Source of the DNA: Marinicella sp.
Lineage (GTDB): Bacteria; Pseudomonadota; Gammaproteobacteria; Xanthomonadales; Marinicellaceae
NCBI GenBank assembly: GCA_965230295.1
Contig: OZ246001.1
Location: 1,632,001-1,696,000 of the forward strand
Reading direction: 5' to 3'
DNA: 64,000 nt
How positions within the stretch are numbered: the first letter of the stretch is position 1; every line of letters begins with the position of its first letter. A program made the position numbers and the translations under genes. The notes under the pieces are model-generated. The model saw nothing but the letters and a program-made list of their open reading frames with translations, searched no databases and had not been told where the DNA came from. This document shows positions 1 through 9,507 of this stretch, piece after piece.

Positions 1-1
1 A

Positions 2-1270
2 CCGTTCAAAAACCTGGGCGCCATCTTGGTCGATGAAGAACACGACTTGAGCTACAAACAACAAGAGGGCTTGCGTTATTCAGCCCGTGACCTGGCCGTT
101 TTGCGTGGCAAAATTGAATCCATTCCTGTGGTTTTAGGCTCGGCCACACCCAGTTTTGAAAGCCTGAACCATGCCATCAATGGTAAGTACCAGTGGTTGA
201 AACTGCGCACCCGCACCAATCGCAGCCCCATGCCCAGTATGACCTTACAAAACACCCAGGCCAAACAATTCCACAAAGGGTTGACCAGGCAAACACTCAG
301 TGCCATCGAGGACCATTTAAACGAAGGCAATCAAGTGTTGGTTTTTCTTAACCGACGAGGCTGGTCTCACAAACTGATATGCCATGAATGCAGTTGGGTG
401 GCTGAATGTGATGACTGTGACGCCTACCTGACTTTTCATCAACACTTGGGTTTGTTGAAGTGCCACCATTGCGAACGGCGCTATACCATACCGGAATTTT
501 GTCCCGCTTGTGGCTCTCAAGAGGTGGAAACCATGGGCGTGGGCACGGAAAAGGTTGCTGCAGGTTTACAAGCTCACTTTAACCAAGTACCGGTGGTGAG
601 GTTTGATCGCGACTCGGTCAACACGCCTGCCCAATGGCAAAGTAATTTAGAAGTGGTCAGGGCTGGAGACCCTTGTGTCATTGTTGGCACCCAAATGTTG
701 TCCAAAGGGCACGATTTTCCGCTGTTGTCATTGGTGGTGGTGGTCAATGTAGACAACAGTTTCTTTTCGGCAGACTTTCGTGCCACAGAATATTTGGCCC
801 AACTTTTGACTCAGGTTTCCGGGCGAGCTGGCCGGGCAAAAACCAGTGGTGAAGTCATCATCCAAACCCAATTCCCTGAACATGAGTTTTTTCAGACTTT
901 ATTCAAGCAAAATTATGAAGTGTTTGCCCAGCAACAAATGGAACAGCGCCATGAAATGATGTTCCCACCTTACACCCACATGGCCATCATTCGTGGCCAG
1001 CACCGCAATGAATTGGTGTTGGATCGTTTCCTGCAACAAATGGCAGATGGCCTGAACATTCAGGATGACATCAGCGTGCTCGGCCCCTTACCGGCGCCCA
1101 TGCAAAAGCGGCAAAAACTGTACCGGATGCAGCTGATCCTGAACAGTAACAACCGCAAGTCATTACACCAAACCATCCACCAACTCAAATCATCGATGGA
1201 TAAACAAGCGGCGAATAACCGACAGCAGGTGCAGTGGTTTGTAGACATTGACCCGGTTAATTTCGACTAA
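2..1270 (+). CDS. priA: Primosomal protein N' helicase, 5'-truncated by the window edge
   Basis: DEEHD, GSATPS, Cys-rich Zn region (CHEC..CDDC..CHHC..CPAC), GTQMLSKGHDFP, QVSGRAGR and C-terminal DIDP. The frame is open from the window start. Confidence 0.97.
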   Translation, partial: PFKNLGAILVDEEHDLSYKQQEGLRYSARDLAVLRGKIESIPVVLGSATPSFESLNHAINGKYQWLKLRTRTNRSPMPSMTLQNTQAKQFHKGLTRQTLSAIEDHLNEGNQVLVFLNRRGWSHKLICHECSWVAECDDCDAYLTFHQHLGLLKCHHCERRYTIPEFCPACGSQEVETMGVGTEKVAAGLQAHFNQVPVVRFDRDSVNTPAQWQSNLEVVRAGDPCVIVGTQMLSKGHDFPLLSLVVVVNVDNSFFSADFRATEYLAQLLTQVSGRAGRAKTSGEVIIQTQFPEHEFFQTLFKQNYEVFAQQQMEQRHEMMFPPYTHMAIIRGQHRNELVLDRFLQQMADGLNIQDDISVLGPLPAPMQKRQKLYRMQLILNSNNRKSLHQTIHQLKSSMDKQAANNRQQVQWFVDIDPVNFD

Positions 1271-1287
1271 ACAAATCTTTAGCGCAC

Positions 1288-1315
1288 AAAAAAAGCCCCA
1301 AACCGGGGCTTTCTT
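1288..1315. terminator. Bidirectional intrinsic terminator between priA and fkpA
   Basis: AAAGCCCC/GGGGCTTT stem with A-run and T-rich flanks between convergent genes. Confidence 0.85.
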
Positions 1316-1335
1316 CGAATTCATTTTAATTGAGT

Positions 1336-2043
1336 TTATTTAACTTCAATCAACTCAACATCAAAAATCAAGGTACTGTTGGGGCCAATGGCACCACCAG
1401 GTCTGGCGTCTGAACCATAAGCCAGCTCAGGTGGGATGTAAAAGCGGTATTTTGAACCCGCATTCATCAATTGTAAACCTTCAGTCCAACCTTTGATCAC
1501 TTGATTCAAAGCAAAAGTAGCTGGTTGACCACGATCAACTGAACTGTCGAACTTGGTGCCGTCAATCAAAGTGCCGGTGTAATGAACCACCACAGTGGCG
1601 GTTTCTGAGCCAGGCTTGGCGCCTTCACCTTGTTGAACCACTTCATACAACAAACCAGATTCTGTGCTCATGACACCTGATTGGGCCGCTTTCTCTTTCA
1701 AAAAGGCCGCGCCTTTTTCTGCATTCTCAACTTTTTGGGTTTCCAATTCAGCCATCATTTTTTCTCTTTTGGCTTTTTGAACTTCTTGTTGCTTTTGCTG
1801 AATGATGCCGCGGATCTTGGTCAACTCCTCGTTGGTTAATCGCAGTTCACGTCCCGCCAAACCATCTTCTAATCCTTTCAAGAAAGAGTCTTTATCAAAC
1901 TCAAGCTCTGAATCATTCAAGTATTTTCCAACATCAGATCCAATTTTATAGTTAATCTGACCGTTTTCGGAATCCATATCTGCCCATGCAGAAGCGCTCA
2001 TAAAGGCTCCAACTACACCAAAGGCAATGGCTAATTTTTTCAT
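1336..2043 (-). CDS. fkpA: FKBP-type peptidyl-prolyl isomerase, FkpA/Mip family
   Basis: Signal peptide, N-terminal helical dimerisation domain, VHYTGTLIDGTKFDSS, VIKGWTEGLQLM, LIFDVELI. Confidence 0.92.
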   Translation of the reverse strand: MKKLAIAFGVVGAFMSASAWADMDSENGQINYKIGSDVGKYLNDSELEFDKDSFLKGLEDGLAGRELRLTNEELTKIRGIIQQKQQEVQKAKREKMMAELETQKVENAEKGAAFLKEKAAQSGVMSTESGLLYEVVQQGEGAKPGSETATVVVHYTGTLIDGTKFDSSVDRGQPATFALNQVIKGWTEGLQLMNAGSKYRFYIPPELAYGSDARPGGAIGPNSTLIFDVELIEVK

Positions 2044-2292
2044 TCAATATCTCCAATTTATTAGCATTTAATGAGGCTTGATCAATCAATCTGATCAACC
2101 AAAGCCGGCAATTATAACAAAAATATGCAACCAATATTCAATAACTGGGTCTCAGTTTAGTTCACAGAAGCTTGTATTGATGACGATTGACCTATATCAT
2201 TATTTACACCCCTCTGGCAGTATTAATGGTTAAAAGTTCAATCCCGAAGGTTGAACACCCACTGAACAATAAGAAGAACAGGACATTTAAAG

Positions 2293-4470
2293 ATGAACCA
2301 AAGAACAATTATATGGGTTATGGCTACTTTGATTGGCAGCCTTTTGGTCAGCCAAACCGGCCTTGCCAAAACCGATTTTGAACCGATAAAACCCAGCCCA
2401 AAACATCAGGATGAAAGTCGCTTGGTGGTCAAGCTGGTTGATAAGTTACATTACAAAGAAACCGATTTGGACGATCAATTTTCAGCAGAAATATTGAACA
2501 AATACATTTCTGTCTTGGACCCCAACAAGATGTATTTTCTTGGTGAAGATGTGGTGGCTTTTGATCGGTGGAAGACTTCTATTGATGAAGGCTTAAAAAC
2601 CGGCAACTTAAAGCCGGCTTATGCCATCTTCAACCTGTTCAAGAAACGAGTGAGCACCCAAAAGGCCTACGCCTTGTCAGTACTTGAGTCGGATTTGGAT
2701 TTTGAGAAAGCCGAAGAATTTCAGTGGGATCGTGAAAAAGCAGCTTATGCCATAGACCAACAAGAACTGAATGAACTGTGGCGCAAGAAAGTTAAGAACG
2801 ACTACCTGGGCCTGAAATTACTGAAGAAAGAGCCAGAAAAAATCAATGAAACACTGAGCAAACGTTATAAGTTAATGGCCAAACGCATCGATGACATGAA
2901 AAGCGATGACGTGTTCCAGTACTTCATTAATTCCTATTTAAGCCTGGTGGAGCCACATACGGGTTATATGGAGCCCATCACTTCAGAAAATTTCGAGATC
3001 AACATGAAATTATCGCTGGAGGGCATCGGTGCCGTTTTGGGCAATGATGGCGAATATACATCGATTCAAACCATTGTCAAAGGTGGCCCGGCTGATCTGG
3101 AAGGCACCTTGAAAAGTGGTGATAAAGTTTTGGCAGTGGGTCAGGATGCAGAAGGTGGTTTTGAAGATGTGGTCGGTTGGGGCATCGAAGATGTGGTACA
3201 ACTGATTCGTGGAGAAAAGGGCTCAACCGTGCGATTGCGTGTGATTGCAGAAGATGATGGCCCTGATACCATTCCTCATGTGGTGCATATTGTGCGTGAT
3301 AAGGTCAAACTGGAACAACAAGCCGCCCAACACCAAATATTTAAAGTCAAAGACGGGAAACATACCCGTAAAATTGGTGTCATTGACTTACCGACCTTCT
3401 ATTTAGATTTCGCGGCTTTACAAGCGGGTGACAGCGACTACCGCAGCACCACCAAGGATGTCAAAAAAATCCTGCGCAAATTTGAAGATGAAGGGGTACA
3501 AGGTGTCATTGTTGACCTGCGTAACAACGGCGGTGGTTCTTTGTATGAAGCCGTGCAATTGACCGGCCTGTTTATTGACAAAGGGCCCGTGGTTCAAACC
3601 AAATTCAGCCAGGGCAAAATTGACATCAAAAGAGATGTCAACCCAAATATTTCCTGGAAAGGACCCATGGTGGTAATGGTCAATAAGTTATCCGCCTCTG
3701 CGTCAGAGATTTTTGCTGCCGCCATGCAAGATTATGGCCGTGCCTTGATCGTCGGTGGTCAAACCTATGGCAAAGGGACGGTACAAAATGTGATGCCTTT
3801 GAATGAATACATCAACAACCCTGAACTTGAGTTGGGTCAATTAAAAATGACCATGGGTCAGTTTTTCCGCATCAATGGTGGCAGCACTCAAAACCGCGGG
3901 GTCATTCCGGACATCATTTTCCCTGCTTCACCTGGTTTAGAAAACTATGGCGAATCCACTTATGAGAACGCTTTGCCCTGGAACAGCATTTCAAGCAGTG
4001 ACTACACCATGTTTGACGATTTATCAGATGAAATTTCACAATTAAAGAAACGCTATTTAGCAAGAAGTGAAGTCAACTTTGAGTTTGACTTTTTGAAACG
4101 TGAAATTGAACTGTATGAGAAAGAAAAAGATGAAGTGACGGTGTCACTGTCTTTGGCGGAGCGAAAGCGCAAAGCCGAAGAACGCAAAGCCAGAAAGAAA
4201 GTCCGCAAAGAGAAGCGCGCAGCCATGATGGCTGCCATCGAACCCAACCCGCTGTTGGGTGAGGTCACTTTGGTGTTTGATTCAAAAGAAGAACTGAAGT
4301 CTGAAGACACCTTAATGGCCGAACAAGCCGCTGCCGAAAATCCTGATGAAGACGAAGATGAAGAGTTTGTAGATTACCGCTTACATGAAACGGCCCGAAT
4401 TTTGGCAGATTTTATTGCATTAAAAATGGAAAACCTGATTGCACTGGCTGATAAAAAAACTGACAGCTGA
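2293..4470 (+). CDS. prc: Tail-specific (carboxy-terminal processing) protease
   Basis: PDZ region (LEGIGAVL), DLRNNGGGSL, SASASEIFAAAMQDY, GKGTVQ. Confidence 0.95.
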   Translation: MNQRTIIWVMATLIGSLLVSQTGLAKTDFEPIKPSPKHQDESRLVVKLVDKLHYKETDLDDQFSAEILNKYISVLDPNKMYFLGEDVVAFDRWKTSIDEGLKTGNLKPAYAIFNLFKKRVSTQKAYALSVLESDLDFEKAEEFQWDREKAAYAIDQQELNELWRKKVKNDYLGLKLLKKEPEKINETLSKRYKLMAKRIDDMKSDDVFQYFINSYLSLVEPHTGYMEPITSENFEINMKLSLEGIGAVLGNDGEYTSIQTIVKGGPADLEGTLKSGDKVLAVGQDAEGGFEDVVGWGIEDVVQLIRGEKGSTVRLRVIAEDDGPDTIPHVVHIVRDKVKLEQQAAQHQIFKVKDGKHTRKIGVIDLPTFYLDFAALQAGDSDYRSTTKDVKKILRKFEDEGVQGVIVDLRNNGGGSLYEAVQLTGLFIDKGPVVQTKFSQGKIDIKRDVNPNISWKGPMVVMVNKLSASASEIFAAAMQDYGRALIVGGQTYGKGTVQNVMPLNEYINNPELELGQLKMTMGQFFRINGGSTQNRGVIPDIIFPASPGLENYGESTYENALPWNSISSSDYTMFDDLSDEISQLKKRYLARSEVNFEFDFLKREIELYEKEKDEVTVSLSLAERKRKAEERKARKKVRKEKRAAMMAAIEPNPLLGEVTLVFDSKEELKSEDTLMAEQAAAENPDEDEDEEFVDYRLHETARILADFIALKMENLIALADKKTDS

Positions 4471-4493
4471 TCAGCAGTTTTCATTGACCATAC

Positions 4494-4523
4494 AAAAAGC
4501 CTGACATCAAGTCAGGCTTTTTT
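4494..4523. terminator. Bidirectional intrinsic terminator between prc and pepQ
   Basis: AAAAAGCCTGAC-N5-GTCAGGCTTTTT. Confidence 0.9.
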
Positions 4524-4534
4524 ATTGAGCACAA

Positions 4535-5812
4535 TTATCGACTCAAATTGACTGGGTCTTCGCTCTTGACCACCACATTGTCTTCAATGCGAATCCCACC
4601 ATACGGTAAAAATTGATCCACTTGCTGCCAGTTCACATCAGCATGTCCGGCAATCTCTTGCAACAACATGGGAATAAAATAGATGCCCGGCTCAATGGTG
4701 ATGATTGCGTTTTCCCGCAAAGTATCGGTCAGTCGCAAAAATGGGTATTGTTCTGGTGGTGACTTGACAGTACCTTGATGATCAATCACATGTCCGGAAA
4801 CATCATGAACCTGGAGTCCCAAATAATGGCCCAACCCGTGGGGGAAGAACGTTTGGCTCAAGCCTTGCTCAACGGCCGCTTCAGGGGTGCAGTTCAACAC
4901 ATTGAACTCACTCAACACCTGCGATATATTGAAGTGGGCCTGACGATGTAAGTCAACATAGTCCTGGCCAGCCACAGCTTGCTGACACAAACTTTGCTGT
5001 TTCTCATCAAGGCTATTGACCATGTCCGCGAAATCACCAGACTGGTACGCATAAGTCCGGGTGATGTCGGCCGCATAGCCTTTGAAGTTGGCACCGGCAT
5101 CAATCAAAAACGACTTCAAATCAGCTGCCGCAATCCGTTCACGGCTCTGATACTGGTAATGCAGCACCGATGGATTTTCATTCAAGGCCACAATGTTGCC
5201 ATAAGGCATTTGGTGTTCATTGTGATCACAGGCCTGTAAATAAGCCATGTGAATACCAAACTCTGATTCACCGGCATAAAAGGCCTTTTTGGCTGCTTCA
5301 TGGCCTTTCAGAGCCAACTGATTGGCTCCGGTCACACAGTGGATTTCATAGTCGGTTTTTTGTACTCGGCTGAAATGTAAATAGTTAATCAATGCCTCAG
5401 GGTTGGTGTCTGCATCTGGCAGCGGCTGCAATTCGCTGGAACCGATCCAGGCATGGTTTTTTTCTTGGGTAAAATCAGGCAGTTCTGAATAATGTCCGAC
5501 CACCTTCACATCAAAATACTGAGCCCACTTACCTTCAGAGTTGTCGATGATTTTGTGCCAGAAATCGGCTGGTTGATTCAGGTAAACGGTGGGCTTGTGT
5601 CCTGGTTTGAAGTGCAACACACTGCTGACCACATGAGGTACTGGCACCCACCATTTGAAATGTGGATTGATGCTGTGCGGTGGCGCCATGTCATCGAGAA
5701 AGTTATTGGTAGGGTGGCCTGAGTAAATCCAAACCCCATCATAGTTGGTGGCTGCCAGTGCAGCTGTGGTGATTTCAGTCAGGTGTTCAATGTGGTTTTT
5801 AAATAAGTTCAT
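4535..5812 (-). CDS. pepQ: Xaa-Pro dipeptidase (prolidase)
   Basis: M24 motifs LIDAGA, YAADITRT, FPHGLGHYLGLQVHDV, TIEPG, GGIRIEDNV. Confidence 0.95.
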   Translation of the reverse strand: MNLFKNHIEHLTEITTAALAATNYDGVWIYSGHPTNNFLDDMAPPHSINPHFKWWVPVPHVVSSVLHFKPGHKPTVYLNQPADFWHKIIDNSEGKWAQYFDVKVVGHYSELPDFTQEKNHAWIGSSELQPLPDADTNPEALINYLHFSRVQKTDYEIHCVTGANQLALKGHEAAKKAFYAGESEFGIHMAYLQACDHNEHQMPYGNIVALNENPSVLHYQYQSRERIAAADLKSFLIDAGANFKGYAADITRTYAYQSGDFADMVNSLDEKQQSLCQQAVAGQDYVDLHRQAHFNISQVLSEFNVLNCTPEAAVEQGLSQTFFPHGLGHYLGLQVHDVSGHVIDHQGTVKSPPEQYPFLRLTDTLRENAIITIEPGIYFIPMLLQEIAGHADVNWQQVDQFLPYGGIRIEDNVVVKSEDPVNLSR

Positions 5813-5830
5813 GGCTTCATCTTTTGGTGT

Positions 5831-6610
5831 TCATATATTAAAAAATCTTCGACTGTTGGCGGTGGTGACGGCCACCACTTCATCATGACTGAAGTTGGTA
5901 TGTTCGGCAATGAAATTTGCAATGTGAGGCAGGTATTTGGGTTCATTGCGTCTGGTTTTGGGTTTAGGCTGTAAATTCCTTGGCATCAAATAAGGGGAAT
6001 CGGTTTCAATCAGCAACCGATCTGTAGGGATGTTTTTCACCAATTCAATTAAATGCTGTCCACGCCGCTCATCACAAATCCAGCCAGTTATGCCGATGTA
6101 ACAATCCAAGTCTAAATAATCAAACAAGGCTTGTTCATTGTCGGTAAAACAATGCACCACCACATGGCCCAATTGATCTCGGTGCTCTTTGAGGATGGGG
6201 TGAAAGTCGACATGCGCATCGCGTTGGTGTAAAAATATGGGCATTTCATGCGCTATGGCCAACCTGATGTGTTGTTCGAAAGAAAATACCTGTGACTCTC
6301 TGGGTGATATGTCGCGAAAGTAATCCAAGCCTGTTTCACCCACTGCCACCACCTTGGTGTCTTTCAACAAGGATTGGATGGCTGCTTCCGCTTCACCGTC
6401 GAAGTCACTGGCATGGTGTGGGTGGATACCAGCTGTGGCATAACAACAATCACTGTAATGGTGTGCCAATTGCTGTGCTTTTTGGGAACACTGCACATCT
6501 GATCCTGTGATGATAAAGGCCTCAACACCGGCCAACCGCGCGTTTTTGATGACTTCATCGCGGTCCTTATCAAAGCTGTCGTGGGTTAGATTGGCCCCAA
6601 TATCTATCAT
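5831..6610 (-). CDS. tatD: TatD family nuclease
   Basis: MIDIGANL, GIHPHHA, GETGLDY, VVHCFT, ETDSPYL. Confidence 0.95.
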   Translation of the reverse strand: MIDIGANLTHDSFDKDRDEVIKNARLAGVEAFIITGSDVQCSQKAQQLAHHYSDCCYATAGIHPHHASDFDGEAEAAIQSLLKDTKVVAVGETGLDYFRDISPRESQVFSFEQHIRLAIAHEMPIFLHQRDAHVDFHPILKEHRDQLGHVVVHCFTDNEQALFDYLDLDCYIGITGWICDERRGQHLIELVKNIPTDRLLIETDSPYLMPRNLQPKPKTRRNEPKYLPHIANFIAEHTNFSHDEVVAVTTANSRRFFNI

Positions 6611-6624
6611 AGTTGTATTCTCTT

Positions 6625-6742
6625 GGGTCTTTTTTTATTTTTTGTTGTTGACAGTAAAAATAAAAGCGACCTCAGCGAGAATGGCTTTGTTTTCGCGCGC
6701 AACCGCTCTGATTCGCTGTGCTCACCAACCGGGTTGGCTGGG
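6625..6742 (-). repeat. Dispersed intergenic repeat, copy A
   Basis: Reverse complement of 6706-6732 matches 48181-48207 at 25/27 nt; 6656-6700 also resembles 48279-48322. Confidence 0.75.
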
Positions 6743-6887
6743 AATGCAACATCAAAACTCCAGGGGGTTTTGATGTCAATAATATTTGGTTTTTTAAATC
6801 CGTTCATGTTCTGTTTATTAAATATTCATTTCCAATTCAGTCAGGATACGTAATATATCAATCAATACTCACCTCGCGGAGAACTTT

Positions 6888-7865
6888 ATGAAAAAAATAA
6901 TGACTTTAATGGCTTTTATGTGGGTCAGCTTGCCCAGTTGGTCTTTCACCCCTGAATCTGGCTTGTATTGGAATGCCAATGAACCGGGCATTGGTTTCAA
7001 CTTTGAAATCCAGGACAACTTCTTTTTTGGTGTCTTTTATGTCTACGACGACAATGGCATCCCATTTTGGTACACCACTTCCGGCTTTATGGATGGCAAC
7101 TCCTATGTTGAAGGCGACATTTACATCAGTGAAGACGGTCCTTGTTTAGGCTGTAGTTGGACTCCTTCAAACACCTATATCAGCAGCTTAGGCAAAGCCA
7201 AAATTAATTTCCTGACCGAAACCACCGCCACCATTGAATATTTGGGCCAAACCAAATTTCTTGAGCGCTTTAATTTCTTTTTAGGTGACGAGTTGCAAAA
7301 AATGCGAGGCGAATGGCAAGTGGTTTATGATGTATCAGAGTACAGCAATGGCTTTCCGTTTTTTGCCGATGTGTTGATCTTTGAGCAAACCGAAACTTTT
7401 GATGGAGATTATTTAGCCACGGGTTGTCGCTCAGAAAGCACCGTTTTCAACCGCTGCACCAATTATGCTTTGAACAACAATGACCTTGCGGCTGCTTATG
7501 ATACGGTTAATGATGAGTTGATTGCAGTGGTCAGGGATGATGACGATTACTATTTGGCCTATTACTTGAAAACCGGTACCAATCAATTCGATGGCGAGGC
7601 TTTCTCTTATGAAGTGGGTAGCTCACCCAATCTGAACCTAACCGGGTTTTCGGTCCGCGGTTTTCGTTCAGCCAGTAAAACCTTTGTGGACACAGGTACA
7701 GGCCCCTCCAAGTCTGCTTCAACCTCCAAAAACACCAAGCCTGGTTTGAATAAAATGTTAGACCAAGATTTATTGAAATCAGCACCTGCATCTACTTTAG
7801 ATGCCGCCACCCAAGAACGGGTGATGGACACCATCAAGCGACTGGAGGCACAGTTAAGCAAATAA
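6888..7865 (+). CDS. Uncharacterised secreted beta-rich protein
   Basis: GGAG RBS, signal peptide, aromatic/Gly-rich sequence (SGLYWNANEPGIG), four Cys, own terminator. Confidence 0.85.
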   Translation: MKKIMTLMAFMWVSLPSWSFTPESGLYWNANEPGIGFNFEIQDNFFFGVFYVYDDNGIPFWYTTSGFMDGNSYVEGDIYISEDGPCLGCSWTPSNTYISSLGKAKINFLTETTATIEYLGQTKFLERFNFFLGDELQKMRGEWQVVYDVSEYSNGFPFFADVLIFEQTETFDGDYLATGCRSESTVFNRCTNYALNNNDLAAAYDTVNDELIAVVRDDDDYYLAYYLKTGTNQFDGEAFSYEVGSSPNLNLTGFSVRGFRSASKTFVDTGTGPSKSASTSKNTKPGLNKMLDQDLLKSAPASTLDAATQERVMDTIKRLEAQLSK

Positions 7866-7885
7866 GACACACACCTTTGCTTAAC

Positions 7886-7921
7886 AAAAAAGCCAGCACC
7901 TGCTCCCAGTGCTGGCTTTTT
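7886..7921 (+). terminator. Intrinsic terminator
   Basis: AAAAAGCCAGCAC...GTGCTGGCTTTTT. Confidence 0.85.
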
Positions 7922-7962
7922 CTTGCCAGTATAGTTTGACTGAATAAAATAGTTACTACAAT

Positions 7963-8005
7963 TTGACTTTGGTCAATTTCTCAACACATCCTGCAGTGCT
8001 AGACT
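7963..8005 (+). promoter_or_regulatory. FNR/CRP-family-like site TTGAC-N4-GTCAA with downstream -10 (TAGACT)
   Basis: Palindrome at 7963-7976; TAGACT at 8000-8005 gives approximately class II spacing. Confidence 0.55.
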
Positions 8006-8032
8006 TAATTTTTTAGTTGTGGGACATAAAAA

Positions 8033-8452
8033 ATGAGAAAAAACGAACCGATCAATCACATCATGAGCGCCGATGTACAGGCTGTACAACAGGGGCAGAA
8101 GTTGAGTGAGGTTTATCACATCATGAGTCAATCAGGTGTACACCATGTACCCGTTCTGGATTCTCAGCAGCTGGTGGGAATCGTCAGCTTCACTGACATG
8201 ATGCAATTGAACTTCAACCTCCAAGGCTTCGATCAACGAGGTTTCGCTGACATGATAGATCAACAATTCAAAACCACTGACATCATGTCTAAATCACTGA
8301 CCACGCTGAACGCCAACCAATCTATTCGCGATGCAGTGGAGTTACTGGCAGATGGCGGGTTCCATTCATTACCAGTCACTGACAACGAAAACCATTTGGT
8401 AGGTATGGTGACCAGCACCGATTTAATCAGATACCTGAAGGATCAATACTGA
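8033..8452 (+). CDS. CBS domain pair protein
   Basis: Two CBS repeats (HHVPVL..LVGIVSFTD; HSLPV..LVGMVTSTD). Confidence 0.92.
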   Translation: MRKNEPINHIMSADVQAVQQGQKLSEVYHIMSQSGVHHVPVLDSQQLVGIVSFTDMMQLNFNLQGFDQRGFADMIDQQFKTTDIMSKSLTTLNANQSIRDAVELLADGGFHSLPVTDNENHLVGMVTSTDLIRYLKDQY

Positions 8453-8799
8453 TGAGTGCACTGATGGAAATTAAGCTCATTGATGAGTTAAAAACCAAAC
8501 TTGAGCTTGAACAGAGTCGGCTTAAAGCCTTATTAATCAACACCCAAAGACATTTACATCGCACAGACCCTGTTAGTCAGGATTTTGCCGAGCAAGCAAC
8601 CGAAACAGAAAACGATGAAGTGGTGGCTGCGCTGGACCAAGGCGCGCAGATTGAACTGTCTCAAATTGTCAAAGCATTGAAACGGATTGAAGAAGGTAAT
8701 TATGGTGAATGCGTGGTCTGTGGTGAAAACATCAACATTGAACGCTTGAAAGCCATTCCACATACACCGTTTTGTATAGGCTGTGCCAGCGAGAAGTGA
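8452..8799 (+). CDS. TraR/DksA family C4 zinc-finger regulator
   Basis: Coiled coil with DFAEQA tip, ALKRIEEGNYGECVVCG..RLKAIP..FCIGC; start overlaps the CBS gene stop. Confidence 0.92.
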   Translation: MSALMEIKLIDELKTKLELEQSRLKALLINTQRHLHRTDPVSQDFAEQATETENDEVVAALDQGAQIELSQIVKALKRIEEGNYGECVVCGENINIERLKAIPHTPFCIGCASEK

Positions 8800-8822
8800 T
8801 TCTGGATTGATTGATATCAGAG

Positions 8823-9458
8823 TTACTCATCAAAGGATTCCAGCCCTTCATCCAAACGCCAGTCTTTGAGGATGGGCCGATCGATGTCCTTGGTGTTGTA
8901 AGCCAAAAAAATACCCATCAACAAACCGAACATGTGAGATTCCCATGAGATGCCCACTTGTCCTGGAAAAATACCCCAGATCAACGACCCATACATGAAG
9001 GCAATGGCAATCGAAATGCCTACTGATTGTGTGTCTTTTTTCAAAAAACCGCTGACAAACAAGTAACTCAACAAAGCATAAAACAAACCACTGGATCCAA
9101 TGTGATTCACTTCACGAGCAAATAGCCACACCAAAGCACCGGTTAAAACCACACTGAAAAACACCACTCGATTGGCCACTTTGGGGTAGTTGCCAAACAG
9201 GGCCACCATGGCCAGGAACATGGGTAAACTGTTGTCAATCAAATGCGGCCAACCGCTGTGAATAAAGGGCATGGTGACGATGCCCAACAAACCCTCCAAA
9301 CTGCGGGGTTTTGTACCAAACTGGGTTAATGGCAACACCTGAGCCAACAAAAAGCAAACCCAAATCACTGCCAAAAAGACCAGGCTGATGCGAAATGCTT
9401 TGGGCCATTGTTTGCGTCTGGCACGGGCGTAATCAGGGTCTAAGTGAGGGATCTTCAT
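8823..9458 (-). CDS. Rhomboid family intramembrane serine protease
   Basis: HxxWxHLxxN, GSSG, WESH motifs; about 6 TM segments. Confidence 0.9.
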   Translation of the reverse strand: MKIPHLDPDYARARRKQWPKAFRISLVFLAVIWVCFLLAQVLPLTQFGTKPRSLEGLLGIVTMPFIHSGWPHLIDNSLPMFLAMVALFGNYPKVANRVVFFSVVLTGALVWLFAREVNHIGSSGLFYALLSYLFVSGFLKKDTQSVGISIAIAFMYGSLIWGIFPGQVGISWESHMFGLLMGIFLAYNTKDIDRPILKDWRLDEGLESFDE

Positions 9459-9507
9459 CGGCTGTTAAGTATTTAAAACACAACTGTGGGGGTGGGGAAC
9501 ATAAATA

